This document shows positions 37,101 to 49,500 of a DNA stretch of 64,000 nucleotides, piece after piece; positions within the stretch are counted from its first letter, which is position 1; every line of letters begins with the position of its first letter. Source of the stretch: Azolla caroliniana (taxonomy: Eukaryota; Plantae; Polypodiophyta); assembly GCA_043228905.1 (NCBI GenBank), contig JBHGNT010000008.1, positions 11,098,001 through 11,162,000 of the forward strand. Reading direction: 5' to 3'. The position numbers were made by a program, and so were the translations under genes. The notes below the pieces were generated by a model. The model saw only the letters and a list, made by a program, of their open reading frames with translations. It ran no database searches and was not told where the DNA came from.

Positions 37101-38950
37101 CGGTGAAGGGCCCAAGAATGAGCATGCATCCGAGAGAGTGTCAACGAGTGACCGGAAACGGTGGACCGATTGAGCCTTTGAGAGGCGAAGACTCGGTGGT
37201 GAACCGAGAGTGGGAGGAACCCTCCACACCTACCCGTGAGGCATTGGCGGTCGCGGATCGAAAGGAGAACGAAGAAGCGGTGGGTGGCGGTGAGGAGTTG
37301 GAGACCGACGCGGAGGTTGTGTCTACGGCGGTAGCACGACACGAGACGCATGCAATACGGCCGGTGGAGGGCCAAGAGACAAGCATGCATACGGTGGATG
37401 GGCGACAACGATTGACCGATGATGATGGTCGGGTCAAGCCTTTGAGAGGCAAGCACGAGACGAAGGACGGCGCGGCGAAACACCAAGATCGACGACATGG
37501 GCCGAGCGCGATCAGCATGAGCGGAGAGTCGTATCTAGGAAAACGGAGGAGATGCACAGAGAACAACGGGGTACACACCGGGAAGAGAAAGTGCGGCGGT
37601 TTCCCGGAGGGCATACAAGGCCAAGCGGGCCAAGAGGGCGCAAGTCGAGGCGAGGCGATAACGAGAGCCTCGAGGGACACCGACACGGAGGTCGGGATGA
37701 TGATACACTCTACTACAAGAGAGCACGGCGAAAAAGGGGAAAGCGAAAAACGCGTGATGGGGTCATCGAAGGACCGAAGCATGAGCACGCATTCGGAGGG
37801 CAACATCGACATACGGGGAAAGCCTACGGAAGGCAAGCGCGGAGCAGAGAGAGTCGGCATGCTGGGGTGTGCGGCACGCAAAGGGCGGAATCCGGCATGC
37901 GACCGGGAGCGCATCCGTAGGATATACGAGGCGGACAAAGGAAGAGCAACCGGGTCGGCAACGGCGTTCGGGAGGACCGAACGGGGAGGAAAGCACGGGC
38001 ATCGGATACGGTGGGTCGGATGTAGTCGGTGGTTCAAGGACCCACGGTGGACGTGGCGGATCGGGTGGAGGCAACGACTCGGAGAACATCGTCGAGTGTG
38101 GCGGATCGGATGGCGCCGACGGTTCGAGACCATTCAGCGAGGATGGTGGGCCGGAAGGCGGCGGTGGTTCGTGTGGACGGGGTGGTCTTGCTCGAAGCGG
38201 AAGATAAAGCCGGGTGGGCCCACAAGGACGCTAAGGACTCGGTCGGTCGTCGTGGCCGAAAATCTCGTGTTCTCTCCCCTATGTTTTGGCACATACCGGA
38301 GGATGTGCGGTTAGGTGGGGGCGGATGTCGTGAAGATTTTCGTCCACAAGCGGAAACCCGAGCAACGAGAGCCAAAGAGTGATGTGCAATGTTGCACACG
38401 TACATAATGTATTTGTAATAGTAATAAAGGTATAAAGGTGATGTGGTTGTACGCACATCCACGCGAGAGAGAGAGAGAGAGGTACTATGCGGTACATAGG
38501 TACCTAGTTGTTTGTGAGGAGGTGGGAGTTAAGGGGCCATCAATCTCACCCTCCCCCAAATCAAGGCAAATATCCCCTTTGAATGAAAGGGGATATTTTA
38601 GTCTCACATTTGTAAGCGGTCTTCCCTCCTTGTGCTATAAAAGGAGAGAGAAGGCACCATTGTGGGGGTTGCCTATTTTGAGTGTTCGAGGTATACCACG
38701 TAGGTCGAGCGTTAGGGTTAGGGTTAGGGTTTTCGAGTAGTCGTTTGGTGCGGCCATGGCGACCACCATTTGTTGTAATCATTCACTTCTTAATAGAACT
38801 TCTTGTTGAGTATCTTGATTGCATCTTCTTCTTCTATCATAATATCATATTCGTTCTCTTCTCCTCTTGAGCTAATCTTTCTCCTCCACTCCCTAGTCCA
38901 AGACCCCCGTGGTCCCGCCCTTCTACACGCACGCGCGTAATAACGCGACA
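34189..38950 (+). mobile_element. Non-autonomous gag-only LTR element P2 (TR-GAG-like), related to G1
   Basis: LTRs 34189-34815 and 38326-38950; 4-bp TSD ACGT; tRNA-Trp PBS at 34820-34837; PPT AGGTGGGGGCGGA; no PR, RT, RH or INT motifs. Confidence 0.92.
34853..38314 (+). pseudogene. P2 single long frame: gag N-terminus plus repetitive disordered region (two in-frame stops)
   Basis: ORFs 34853-35053, 35057-36721 and 36746-38314 are in the same frame. GRFNGNEVPRFL..FPRVA..WVSFEGALLEVYG matches G1 gag GRFSGKDATSYL..FPRVE..WEEFEGRLLEKYG. Confidence 0.75.
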
Positions 38951-39904
38951 ACGTAATGTTGGGTTAGTTCGCTGATGACCGTATTCAGGAAGTGACTCCC
39001 TTGATCACTAATGAGCTCGATAGGGCAGCCGAATCGACACCAGATGTGTTCGTAAAGGAATTTCGCCGTGATTGTCGCGGTATTCTTGCGTAGTGGTTTC
39101 GCTTCTACCCACTTTGTACAGTAATCCGTGGCCACCAGGATATACTTATTGCCGGTTCGAGCGGCCACCGGGGTGAAGGGCCCCACAAAAATCTAGCCCC
39201 CACTTTTGGAAAGGATCTAGTGGCAACACTAGTTGGTGTGGCATTCTCACGACTTCCGTGGGTTGGCCCAATCGTTGACATAAATCGCATTGTCTGCAAT
39301 ATTCATACGCATCCCTTTGCATCGTCGGCCACCAAAGTCCTGCTTGCAAGATTTTCCAGGTCGTAACATTGCCCACGTAATGTCCTCGCGCCGTACTACA
39401 GTGGGCTTCGCGTAGAACTGCGGCCTTCTCATCCTACCATATTCCGCGCCTCTAGATGCCATCATTGCCTTTGTAGTATAGTATGTCTTCTAGTAAACAG
39501 AAATTTCGACTTCGTATGGCCAACCGTTTTTTCTCGTCCATCCGTAATTGGGGGGGCGGTAACCCATTGGTTAGGAAGTACGTCATTTTCATCAGTCACC
39601 GATCCGGAAAAGTTTTTTCCGTTCGTTCTACTAGAGTTGCTACACACAGAATGTCCGCATCCGGAAAGTCGTCGTCATCAGTTTGAGTCGTTTCTCCATT
39701 ATCTATTCTGCTCAAGAAATCTGCCACCACGTGTTGCGTACCCGATCGGTGCTGAATTACAAAGTCGAATTCTTGAAGCAATAGCGTCCATCTAGCCAAT
39801 TTCCCCGTCAGCGCTTGTTTCCCTACCAGATATAGCAATGCCGAATGATCCATGTGAAACATGAATTTCCGTCCTAGCTGATAAAGCTAGAACTTATTGA
39901 TGTT
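38951..39904 (-). pseudogene. G3 RNase H C-terminus and integrase N-terminus/core
   Basis: DHSALLYL..LARWTLLLQEFDF..ADFLSR, GLWWPTM..CDLCQR, KWGLDF, YILVATDYCTKWVEA and ISDQGSHF motifs. Confidence 0.92.
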
Positions 39905-42900
39905 TGTTGAGCGGCAAGCTCAACCGGAGCCGGATCGGCTGAATAAGCCTGAGCCGGTAAGCGAGATGAATCGCTATGCCGGTGAGCAACCAAGCCGGTA
40001 AGCAGTAAGGACCGGTGAGCTGGGGAGTCGGTATGCCGGATCCAATCCGTAACCGGAAGCCTAGTATAGGTTAGACTACTAGGCAGTTATAGTCTCGTAG
40101 TTAGTGTCAGATGCTCGTGTGAGCATTGAAGTACACCATACTTCTAACAGTCCCGTGCGTACTTGTATAAATAGCGCCGATGAGCACGTTGTAGATACAG
40201 AGAGAGCATACTCTCTCTCTCACTCTCTCAGTCTCTCCCGCGTACTCTCTCTCTCTCTCTCTTTGTGTATTGTTCTTTCTAATGCTTCTGCAAGCAAGCT
40301 TTAACATGGTATCAGAGCGCGTGGGTTGAGAACCTCTGCTGTAGACATCTACGCTCGTGAAGGAAACCCTAATAGATCGGAAAGCAGACACAAAAGGAGA
40401 AATGGATAGAGGTATGGCTACATCGCTCCCGGTGGAGAAGCTCGACAGAACCAACTACGTATCTTGGTCATACAAGATGCACCAATACCTGCTTGGGCAT
40501 GGTTACTAGAGTTATGTCGACGGAGTGAATGACTCAGCACCGGAGATGACGCACAAGGACTTCCCAATGTGGAAATAGGCGGCAAGCAGGATGATGTATT
40601 GCTTCGCGTCCAGTGTCGGTGACCAGCTGCTCAGCCATATCCGTGACACCAAGACACCGAAGGATGCTTGGGGAAACTTGAAAAAGGTCTTCGCGGCAAG
40701 CACCACTACCCGGAAGCTGCAACTCAGACAGGAGTTTAGCAATGTTCGACAGAAGAACATGTCAGTGGCAGACTAAACAGCCCGGATCAAAGGGATCTGT
40801 GACTCGCTTGCCTCTATTAACGTCACCATAGAGGAAGACGAGATGGTGCAGGTCTGTCTTGGAGGCCTGGCATCCAAGTTCGGAGCTTTCCGGATTGCGG
40901 TTTGTACAAGAGAGAATACGCCCTCATTTTTCGACTTACAGTCGATGCTCCTTGTAGAGGAGAACCACGCTGGTGCATCTACCAGTGCATCCCCAAACAA
41001 CCGGATGCTGTACACGGGAGTGGATTGGTCCCGCGGGCATGGTGGATGAGGCAAGTCGGCACACAATGGAGGCGGCCGGCAAGAGCAGGAATGAAGGCAC
41101 AATGAGCATGCCGACAACAGTTCCGGGACTTCCACAAGCAGGGGGAGTCAAGGTGGTGCCGGAGGCCGGCAAGACAAATCCGCTACAGAATGTTGGTACT
41201 ATGGTAAAAAGGGCCACAGGGAAAGCGAGTGCTGGAGAAAGCGTGCCGATTTGGACAAATCCGGATCCGGCAAGACCGGTAAGGAAGGCTGGCAAAGCTC
41301 ATACTACACAAATGGATCGGGAGGATCCAAGAACGGTAAGGGGCCTGCCTTGGTGATGAAGCACAAGGCAAACTCAATGAAGAAGACCACTTCCAAATCG
41401 GAGGAAGTGTGGTACGTTGACTCCGGCGCATCGAACCACATGACGAGCCACGAGGAGTGGTTCTCCTTTTTGGAGAAACCGGATCAACTGGGAGTTGTCG
41501 AAACCGGAGACAACACTCCCCACCCAATCATGCATGTCGAAGAAGTCCCTTTGAGCCACGTCGGACAGAGGGGGAAGCTTATGAATGTATTACATGTTCC
41601 TACGATCACGAAGAACGTGGTGTCGGTCGGACTGATCGTCGACCAGGGGATGAAGGTGCGGTTTATGCACCTCAGGTGCTTCATTGAGGATGAGGGTGAA
41701 GTTATTGTGCAAGGACGCAGAGATGGGAGGATGTTTATCCTCAACACCAATGACGCCGGCACTACATTGTTCGCCAAAGAAGAGAAGGTCGAGTCGGATA
41801 TCGACCTGTGGCACAAGCGGATCGGCCATGTCAACTACCGGAGGCTTCAAGACCTGCAAATGGAACAAGTCGTTTTTGGTTTGCCGAAGTTTAGCGGCCG
41901 GAGAGCCCAAATTTGTGAAGCCTGCCAACTCGGGAAGCAACACCGGCTTCCATTCCCCACCGAAAGAAATCGAAGCCGTAACAAGCTCGATCTTATCCAT
42001 TCGGATGTGTGGGGACCGGCACAAAATGTCAGCATTGGCGGGAGTCGATATTTCGTCTCCTTCATCAACGACTACACGCGGCATACGTGGATCTACCTCA
42101 TTGAGCGGAAGAGCGAAGTCTTTGAGTGTTTCTGGAGCCTCCAGAAGATGGTGGAATGGAAATCGGAGAGGAAGATCAAATGCCTATGGTCGGATGGCGG
42201 AAAAGAGTACTTTTTCGGCCAATTAAACAGCTATCTGCAACAAAAAGGAATTCAGCAAGAATTCAGCTGCAGATACACACCTCAACAGGACAGTGAGGCC
42301 GAAAGGAAGAATCGGTCGCTGATTGACGCGGCTAGGGCAATGCTGGAGGAAAAGAGCTTGCCCAAGTTCTACTAGGTGGAGGCGGTCCAAACGGCCGTTT
42401 ACATCTAGAACCGGATCGGGGACAAGGTGTCACAGGTCACGAGCTGTATTTCGGGCACAAGCCGAATTTGAGACACCTCCGGATATTCGGCAGCATAGCC
42501 TATGTACATGTGCCGGATGAGAAGCTGAGAAAGCTGGATGCAAAATCGGACAAATGCATCCTAGTCGGCTATGCTCAAGAGAAAAAGGGGTATCAGTGTT
42601 ATAAGCCCCGGACGAAGCAGGTCTGAGTCAGCCGAGATGTCGAGTTTGATGAATCGGCAACGTGGTATTCCTTAACGACTCTGACTTCCAATCCGGACCC
42701 GATGTCGGAGGAGGGGGCTAGTGAGCCCAAACCGGCCCAGGTAGAGAAAGATGAGAGTGCGGAATCGTTCCGGTTAAGCGGACCGAATGAGAGACTGGAT
42801 CAGTCCAACCAATCGGATGATGAGACGACAAGTAGTGGAGACTCTGTCGTGCTCTCCCCGCGCAAGGAACCGAGGAGACGGTTCACACGCAAAGTGAAAG

Positions 42901-45415
42901 GGAAGCAGAAGATGCCGAAATTCGAGACCGGCAATGATGAGTCGGATCGGTGCGTATCTGACTTCGGCATGGACATAGGCAGATCTTCAGGAACGAAGAC
43001 CAAATCGGCCAAGAAAGGTCTCATACCGGGTAACGGTGAGTTATGCCGGTCCACCCGCCAGAAGGATCCTGTTAAACGGTACGGATATAACGAGTACATG
43101 GCGCATCATTATGCGTACATGACCAAGGTTGCGGAAGTGCGTGAGGCGGAGAGCTACGTAGAAGCGGCAAAGGACGCAAATTGGCATGCCGCTATGGAGG
43201 AAGAAATGCGGGCATTGGATGCCAACAGAACTTGGGACCTGGTTGACCCTCCCCGTCATGGTAAACCGATCGGATGCAAGTGGGTATACAAGGTAAAGTA
43301 CAATGCCGACGGTATAGTTAACCGGTACAAGGCCCGGTTAGTGGCGAAGGGATATGCGCAGACCCACGGAATCAACTACGACGAGACCTTCGTTCCTATA
43401 GCGAAGATGACGACGGTTCGTGTGGTACTGGCGGTTGTTGCGGCAAGGGGGTGACATCTTCATCAGATGGATGTCAAGAATGCCTTCCTTCCAGGAGATC
43501 TTGAAGAAGAAGTCTTTATGACACAGCCCTCTGGATTTTAGTCGGCGGTATGCCGGCTGAGGAAGTCGTTGTACGGCTTGAAGCAAGCGCCCTGTGCTTG
43601 GAATGCTAAGATCACTCACCGGTTGCGAAAGATGGGGTTTGTTGCCTCTAAGTCGGACTCTTCCCTGTTCATCCGTCAAGGCTCAAATGGTTCGGTATGT
43701 ATCTTACTCTATGTTGATGATTTAGTCATCACCAGCCCAGGTCTTCCGGAAATCAACCGCGTCAAGTCCCAGTTGTCAGACGCATTCGATATGATGGACT
43801 TGGGGGACCTTCATTATTTTCTGGGGATCGAGGTGATCCGCACCCCCGACGGCATATTGCTTTCTCAACGCCATTATGTGTTGAATATACTGTACAAGTT
43901 CGGCATATGACAGAATGTCGACCTGTCTCCACACCCCTGGACCGGAATAAGAAGATCCGTCCCAACTCCAGACCAGCCTGCGATGAGAAAAGGTTTCGAC
44001 AAATAGTCGGAAGCCTGATCTACTTGACCATCACCTGACCCGACATTAGCTATCTGATCGGAGTGGTAAGCCAACCAATTCATGCACAAGCCGACCGTGG
44101 AGCACCTTCAGTGCGTGCAACGAATATTGAGGTATGAAAGCGTCACTAAGGACCGGGGGCTCTTATACTGGCAAGGTATAACCGAAGAGCTTGTCGGCTA
44201 CACGGATGCCGACTGGGCTGGCGATGCAACGGATCGTCGCTCAACTTACGGCTTTATGTTTTCTCTTGGGGGCGCGACCGTTGCCACCTGCGAAGCCATT
44301 TGACTTCGGCGACTACTGCAAGACCTGCAGATCGAGGTACTGACCCCGATCCTGATCTACTGCGATAACCTCAGCAGCATGCAACTCACCAAGAACCTCG
44401 TGTTCCATGCTCGCACAAAGCACATAGAAGTGCATTATCACTTCGTGCGGGAGCGGGTCTTGAGCGGTGAAGTTGAACTACGGTATGTTCACACGGATCG
44501 GCAAGTTGCCGACATCTTCACCAAGCCGCTCGGGTCGGACAAGTTGCAGCACTTTACCGAAATGCTTGGTGTTCAGCATCTCGACGTGCCGCACTCGAGG
44601 GGAGACGCAAGGGCAAAGACACTACCGAAACAGGCAAAGGCAAAAAAATTGTTGATCCCGTAGGTAAGAGAAGAACCAATAGAGGTGGAAACAAGAAGAA
44701 AAATGAAGCCGAGTCGATGAAGGAAGTCGGCACATCCGAACAGGTCGGAGTGAGCGGCTGTGAAGAAGAAGTGTATACTCAGGAAGAGAAGTGGATGCTA
44801 TGCGGAGGTCATCACGATCGTAATGGCCATGATGCGGAGTCGAATGAAGAATTCGACTTGGTGAACCGCCTGAAGAAGCCAAGGGAAGCACAGAGAAGGC
44901 CCAGACCCGGACGTGGTCCGATGTGGTGAGAGGCCTGAAGGCGAAAATCGAATCGGAGGATACCGATTCGGACAAGGGCTGGAACAAGTCGGAGACAGCC
45001 GATTCGGATCAACAGACGGATCCGGATGAGTCGGATCAACAAGAGGCCAAGGAGACACGGACGCAGCGGAAGTCGATGCCATCGCGGAGGAACCGACGGA
45101 TCGGCAAGCGCCAGAGTCATAGCAGTGAAGGAGCTGAGATGGGCCTATTGAGCAGACATGCTGAAGGTCGAGGCGCGCAGAACCAAAGGGGTCGCGGCAA
45201 ACAGGACCGGACCGGACAAGGAGTGCGAGCAAGGCGAAGCGACGCCAGGAGAAGTCGGTTGGAAGAACCGGCTGCCACAGAGGTTGACACTACGACCCTA
45301 CCTTAGGTTGAGCTTGAGGGGGAGTGTTGAGCGGCAAGCTCAACTGGAGCCAGATCGGCTGAATAAGCTTGAGCCGGTAAGCGAGATGAATTGGTATGCC
45401 GGTGAGCAATCAAGC
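39905..45415 (+). mobile_element. Ty1/copia element B2 (relative of B1); 3' LTR truncated
   Basis: 5' LTR 39905-40306; PBS TGGTATCAGAGC at 40307-40318; PPT then a 3' LTR from 45325 that matches the 5' LTR only to 45415; gag-pol fragments 40402-44663. Confidence 0.92.
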
Positions 45416-46254
45416 TGATTTTCGACTGGTGTGCTACCGCCTCCGAAAGGCTCTGCACCATGTGGTTCGCATTCTAGACATTCAGGAACATGCGAATATG
45501 AGTTGCGGCGTCGGTTTCGCCGTTAAAGCGGGGGTAGGCAAAGGCCATGGTGGGGGCTACGGAGGGTCAGGAAAGACCACAGGGTCGTTGTGGTGAGCGT
45601 AGTCCCCGCGTCTCGTCGAGGTATTTGGAGAGCGAAGAATCACCTTTGTACTCACAGCAGGTAGTATTGAGGTTGCTCAGGCGAGGCTTTTGCCGTGCGC
45701 GTTCTTCTGCCTGGCATGTGACGGACCTTGTTATTGGCCGGTCTTGTCGTGTTGGTTCTCTGGGGCCTCTACGGCTAAACATCCATTCGTCTTTTCTCGT
45801 CTGTGAGAAAACACAGATCATCAAGCATACCAAAAGTGTTGCCGATTAGGAACATGGTCCGCGGTCAGTCCTTCGACTTAGACCTCCAAGTGGGTGTGGA
45901 ACAACGAATAGGCATCTAAGCGTAATGCGTAGGGGAATGTTCCCTGCAACCTATCAACGTATAAGGGAGACGGCTACAACCGAATCCTTAGCAAGGGTTA
46001 CACTTACGTTCTTACACGCTAAGGTATTCAAGACACCGATAGTGGATTAGCCGTAGTTATACACAGACTTTTAGAGAAGATAGAATTCTATTATAAGACG
46101 TTTCTTTACATTCCCAAAATTACACGCTCCATCTATCAGAGGTTTTCTGCCCTTTATATACGCAGGGTCTATCTAGCCGTTACATGCGTTATGATCTTAT
46201 ATTATTTCTTATTCCTACGCTCTTGTCCGTCGGTTACTATTCCGGCGGACAACG
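45416..46254 (-). mobile_element. G4: 5' LTR (45837-46254), PBS and gag start of a second G3-family element
   Basis: 45416-45836 aligns with G3 55650-56070. The LTR shares its termini and the GCCCTTTATATACGCAGGG box with the G3 LTRs. Confidence 0.85.
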
Positions 46255-46541
46255 TTCCATTGTGGAATAGTTACACTCGGTTGTTGATAGTTTCAGACTA
46301 GGATAGTACACTGCCCGGTACCAATTCGGTTTTGTGAGCAGCATTAGCACACTACCTATTGCTATGTCCGAGTCATCTATGAACATGTGGAATGGCTTCG
46401 CCCAAACTGGTGGTTGTACGACAGGTGCCTGCGTTAGCATTATCTTTAGCGCATCATAAGCCTTCTCTTCCGTGGCTGTCCATTTCAAAGGATTCTGATG
46501 AACGGCGGCATGTAATGGTGTGGCGAAGTCCACCAAATAGC
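46255..46541 (-). pseudogene. G3 RT connection domain / RNase H N-terminus
   Basis: FATPLH..WT..LTQAPVV..PFHMFIDDSDIAIGSVL..ECNYSTME. Confidence 0.88.
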
Positions 46542-49500
46542 TGACGGAACTGCACGCTCCCTATACACAACGCTCGGCCACAACCGAGCTTAGAATCATA
46601 CACAGAAAACAGGAAATAATGAACGACACCAAGAAGAGACGAGTACGCAGGATGTTTACGTGGAAAACCCAAACTACGGGAAAAACCACGGCAGCCCACA
46701 GGATGTAAACTATCACTATGCTAGAATGTACAACAGTGAGTTCACGGAGGCAACGACCTCGTGCTCACGATCCTCGCCACAGGCGGTGGATACAACAGAG
46801 GCAACAACCTCTTTCTCTCTCTCTCTCTCTGTACACAGTTATGCGCTCTCTCCCTCCTTGCACCAACAAGAATGACAACAACAACTATCTAAAAGTTTGC
46901 CCTAAGTCATATTTATACTAATATGACTTTTCGGCTATTTACAAATATAGCCATGATGGATTCTCAGAAACATATTTACGAATATGTCTCTTCATCCGGT
47001 GAGCACTCCTCACCGGGTCTGCACCATCCGGCTCTCCGAAGCCAGGCACTCCTCATCCGGTTCTCACCGGGTCTGCACCATCTGGCTCTCCGAAGCCGGG
47101 CACTCCTCATCCGGTTCTCATCGGGTCTGCTCCATCCGGCTCTCCGTAGCCGGGTACTCCTCATCAACACTGTTCTTCTCCCTTCCCATCCGGAGGGACC
47201 TATCTCCCAACAAACTCCCCCTTCACTCCGGCATGGGGTGTCTTACTAGTCCGATCCTCTTCCGGCATGCATCCAGCTTGTCGGGTATCAGCACTTTGGT
47301 CAGCATATCTGATCCGTTCTCGGCCGTGTGGATCTTCGTTAGTGCGAACTCCGTGTGGAACTTCGCTAGTGTGATACCTTCGCTGGATATGCTTCGTCCG
47401 GGAATGGTAGGCCACATTCTTAGCAAGATGGATGGCACTTTGACTGTCGCAATAGAGTCGGTATTCATCTTGCCGGATACCGAGCTCTCCGATGAAGTCC
47501 TTCATCCATAATATTTCCTTGCCGGCTTCCACAGCCGCCATGTACTCTGCCTCTGTGGTTGACAATGCAATCGTCTTCTGCAGCCTCGACTGCCATGAAA
47601 CAGCTCCCCCTGCATATGTCATTACGTACCCGGATGTAGACCAGCTAGTATCCACATCAGCCGACATGTCCGAATCGGTGTAACCGTCAAGTTGAGGTTT
47701 TCCGGAGCCGAATCGGAGACACATATTTGAAGTACCCTTCAAGTACGGGAGTATCCATTTGACCGCGTTTCAGTGCTCCTTGCCGGGATTGCTCATAAAC
47801 CGGCTCACCACTCCGACTGCGTATCCTATATCCGGTCGGGTACAAACCATTGCGTACATTAAGCTCCCGACGGCAGAGGCATATGGAATCTTCAACATAT
47901 CTGCCTTCTCTGCTTTCGTCTTTGGGCTTTGCTTACCGGATAACCTGCAGTTTGCCAGAAGTGTCGATCCGACCGGTTTCACATCTGACATGTTGAACCG
48001 GTGAAGCACCTTTGTCACGTACTTCTCCTATGACAGCCATAATTGCTTCGCTGACCGGTTCCGGATAATATGCATCCCCAGCATCTGTCTTGCTGAACCC
48101 AAGTCTTTCATTGAGAAGGTCCGGTTTGTTGGGAGACAGGTCCCTCTGGATGGGAAGGGAGAAGAACAGTGTTGATGAACAGTGCCGAAACCGGATGAGG
48201 AGTACCCGGCTACGGAGAGCCGGATGGTGCAGACCCGGTATGAACTGGATGAGGAGTACCCGGCTACGGAGAGCCGGATGGTGCAGACCCGGTATGAACT
48301 GGATGAAGAGACATATTCGTAAATATGTTTCTGAGAGTCCATTGAGGCTATATTTGTAAATAGCTGAAAAGTCATATTAGAATAAATATGACTTATGGCA
48401 AACTTTTAGTTGTTGTTGTCGTTTCTTGTTGGTGCAAGAAAAGATAGAGAGTGCGTAACTGTAAAGAGAGTGAGAGAGAAAAAGAGGTCGCTGCCTCTGT
48501 TGTAACCGCCGCCTGTGGCAAAGATTGTGAGCACGAGGTCGTTGCCTCCATGAACTCACTGTTGTACATACCAACCTAGTGATAGTTTGCAGCCCATAGC
48601 TGTCGTGGTTTTTCCCTTAGTTTGGGGTTTTCCACGTTAAACATCCTGCGTACTCCTCTCTTTCATTGTGTCGTTCTTTATTTCCCGTTTTCTGTGTATG
48701 ATCCTAAGCTCGGTTGTGGCCGAGCGTTGCGCATAGGGAGCGTTTCAGTTCCCGGCACGGTTGAGGGCCTTCTTCAGCATCCGTATTTTGACTTGGTCCC
48801 GTTCGACGATCAACATGTCGTCCACGTACAGAAGGAGTATCAGGAGGTCGCCTCCTTCGAACTTCTTCACAAACACGCAATGATCGGCTTGCGTCTTGTG
48901 GTACCCTTGATCGGTCATGAAGGAGTCAAACTTTCGGTACCATTGTCGGGGAGCTTGCTTCAGTCCGTACAGGCTCTTCTTCAACCGGCAAGCCAAGTGC
49001 TCCTTCCCTTTCTCCACGAATCCTTCCGGTTGCTGCATGTAGATCTCCTCCTCGAGGTCACCGTGAAGGAATGTCGTCTTTACGTCTAGCTGCTCTACCT
49101 CGAGGTCCATGCTTGCCGCTATACTCAGCACCGTCCGGATGGAGGTCATCTTTACTACCGGGGCAAATATCTCGTCAAAGTCCACGCCCTTCTTCTGTTG
49201 GAACCCCTTCACCACGATCCTAGCTTTGTATCTTGGGGGGTTGCCGGCATCTCCCGGTTTCAACTTGTACACCCACTTGTTTCGGAGTGCCCGATTTCCT
49301 TTCGGCAACTCCACCAATTCGTACGTATGGTTCTCATGCAGGGAATCCATCTCATCCTGCATGGCACTTAACCATTTGCGGTTGTGGGTGTCATCCTTCG
49401 CTTCTTCGAATCTTTCTGGCTCCCCCTCATCGGTTAGCAGCACATGCTCTGCATTCGGAAATCTCCAGGGGGCCCTTCTCTCTCTTAGAGGATATCTCCG

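Noticed and set aside
37141-38133. 330-aa antisense ORF in P2
   Set aside because: GC-rich, low-complexity mirror of the sense frame with no recognisable motif.
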